DNA from: Flavobacterium sp.
GTDB taxonomy: Bacteria; Bacteroidota; Bacteroidia; Flavobacteriales; Flavobacteriaceae
Length of the DNA stretch: 36,311 bases
Direction of reading: 5' to 3'
Assembly: GCA_043733645.1 (NCBI GenBank)
Contig: JAYTGH010000187.1
Coordinates: forward strand, 1 to 36,311
Positions 34,902-36,311 of the stretch are shown here, piece after piece. The notes under the pieces were generated by a model, which worked only from the letters and a program-made list of their open reading frames with translations, was not told where the DNA came from and did not search any database. Both the position numbers and the translations under genes were made by a program. Numbering within the stretch: the first letter of the stretch is position 1; every line of letters begins with the position of its first letter.

Positions 34902-36311
34902 ATGAGTCAAAGTAAACGCGCAAGACAACTTGTCGCTCCCACCGCTCCAAAGAGCGATTACAAAAATATCGCAGCATATTCAGGCACAGGCAACCACGAC
35001 GATGCCCTTTTGACTCATGCAGAAGTTGTAACAGCAGCTTTAACTGACCCCTCAGTAAAAGGCTCAATAGCAGCCCAAAATCTCCGCAATGTCAAAAACC
35101 TATCCCTCACGGATGGGGCAACTATTCCCATTTCTACATTTGAAACGCTGTTTCGCGTAGGTGTAGAGCCTTTGAGTGGTGGCTATTTAGCTCTTGTTCG
35201 CGTGACTTCGGTATCTGCTCCGAGTGTTTCAGACCGTATGCAATTGCAAGCAACTGTCAGCTATATGATTGGTACACCTCAAACTATTAACGTCAAAAAT
35301 CACTATTTTTTAGAGGCTTTTTACGCTAATAATGTTCTTGTGAGTGTACAAACTGTAACTAATGTTCAGCTATTGCTTGACTTAATTGCTCTCGATGAAA
35401 AGATTGATGCCACCTTAAATGCTGCCAACGAAATCACGGATTGGAACGCCACAACTGGCGGCGCGCAAATTCTCAATAAGCCCAACATATTACAAAAATT
35501 AGGTGGCAACAACGTGCCATCCGCAGGGAAATATTCTATTGATGTAGATGCCAACGGCAACGTTGTTTTGTCAACGTTGACCAACAACAATCAAAGCGTA
35601 AGTGCTTTTGACATGCAGTATATCAAGCAAATTCCTTTCTTGAATAGCGGTCAACTGCAAATGTCGAGCATTGAAACCGCTTTCCGTAGAACGGTTTCGT
35701 CGGTAGTGTTGAACGGCTATTATGTCGGTATTTTTCAGTGCAAACAGTCTAATCCCCTCAGTGCAACGGCTACACTCAACTATACAATACAAGGCAGCGC
35801 AGAAACTTTAGCGGTTTTTCACGACTGTATGATTGTGTTCAGATATGAGGCAAATGTATTGACTGATATTGAAGTTCTGAATGATGCGGCTCTTAAAGCC
35901 AAAGTATTGCAGCTTGAAACGGCTATTAATAATGGCAATGGTAGCGGCTCTACACCTCTCATGACGGATTATGCCCTCAGCACTTTCGATGTGCAATATC
36001 AAGGTGTTCTTTCGGGCATTGTTCGCGCTTCAATGACAGGTGGTATTATTCAATCGAATAATTCATTGCATTACGGCTTATATCACAATATGTACATATC
36101 GGGGGGTCGTCCAATCATTGAAAAAGTCCGCATTTTCGCTCAGTCCGCAGCCTACAACAATGCAGGAGATTTTCTTTTTGCCTTTCATAAAGACAACTTT
36201 CCAACAGTTCGTGATAGCGTTTTCGGACGCGGTATGTATCCTACTCCAACGCTGTTTTCAGCCAATACGCTTAATGCGCCATCATACAGCGCGCAAAATG
36301 GCAACGGTGCT
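34902..36311 (+). CDS. Long ORF running off the window; candidate spike/receptor-binding protein (partial)
   Basis: Starts MSQSKRARQLVAP; I found no in-frame stop before the window end (470 codons). Contains DWNATTGGAQILNKP, a motif type seen in phage fibre-like proteins. Confidence 0.65.
   Translation, partial: MSQSKRARQLVAPTAPKSDYKNIAAYSGTGNHDDALLTHAEVVTAALTDPSVKGSIAAQNLRNVKNLSLTDGATIPISTFETLFRVGVEPLSGGYLALVRVTSVSAPSVSDRMQLQATVSYMIGTPQTINVKNHYFLEAFYANNVLVSVQTVTNVQLLLDLIALDEKIDATLNAANEITDWNATTGGAQILNKPNILQKLGGNNVPSAGKYSIDVDANGNVVLSTLTNNNQSVSAFDMQYIKQIPFLNSGQLQMSSIETAFRRTVSSVVLNGYYVGIFQCKQSNPLSATATLNYTIQGSAETLAVFHDCMIVFRYEANVLTDIEVLNDAALKAKVLQLETAINNGNGSGSTPLMTDYALSTFDVQYQGVLSGIVRASMTGGIIQSNNSLHYGLYHNMYISGGRPIIEKVRIFAQSAAYNNAGDFLFAFHKDNFPTVRDSVFGRGMYPTPTLFSANTLNAPSYSAQNGNGA

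Larger units (their letters stand above)
8050..36311. mobile_element. Integrated provirus-like element with a tailless-virus-type morphogenesis module (right end outside window; left end approximate)
   Basis: Switch from host genes to ParB, Bro-N, wHTH, GH73, umuDC, a packaging-type ATPase and a run of small TM proteins; element-specific CATA repeats. No integrase or att site identified. Confidence 0.75.

Noticed and set aside
303-35057. Dispersed repeats as a CRISPR array
   Set aside because: The repeats are only 10-20 bp and irregularly spaced over kilobases, with no repeat-spacer periodicity and no cas genes.
303-35057. TACTGAGGGG as Chi or KOPS
   Set aside because: Orientation is balanced (12 plus, 14 minus), unlike polarised motifs. 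Not fully excluded without the whole genome.

Overview
AT-rich Bacteroidota-type DNA, judged from TAnnTTTG promoters, a DUF5723-like outer-membrane protein next to a lipoprotein, and typA. Bases 1 to about 7.9 kb look like host chromosome: the tail of a probable YeeABC-like helicase/GIY-YIG locus, an FN3 protein, typA/bipA, a PIN toxin pseudogene and the OMP-lipoprotein pair. From about 8.05 kb to the window end lies a >28 kb integrated element. It opens with a tRNA-like structure that has an aberrant anticodon arm. It then carries a candidate replication gene, two ParB-domain genes, a hairpin-bounded cargo region (two Bro-N paralogs, a lipoprotein, a DUF5678-like/aspartyl protease pair), wHTH regulators, a GH73 muramidase, an HTH-coiled-coil-TM protein and umuDC. 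It ends in a virion-like module: an FtsK/HerA/A32-type ATPase, a beta-rich capsid candidate, many small single-TM proteins (five are missing from the ORF track), a basic protein and a truncated spike-like ORF. No terminase, portal or tail genes are recognisable, so a tailless, membrane-containing provirus is inferred. Two hidden DNA signals stand out. (1) The 10-mer TACTGAGGGG occurs at least 26 times exactly, on both strands, in five reading frames and as a hairpin pair, which resembles a DNA-uptake sequence. (2) An element-specific 20-mer, CATACATACAAGCATACATA, occurs 4 times in intergenic DNA, and its core is amplified inside one gene. All product calls come from motif recognition by eye, with no database searches.
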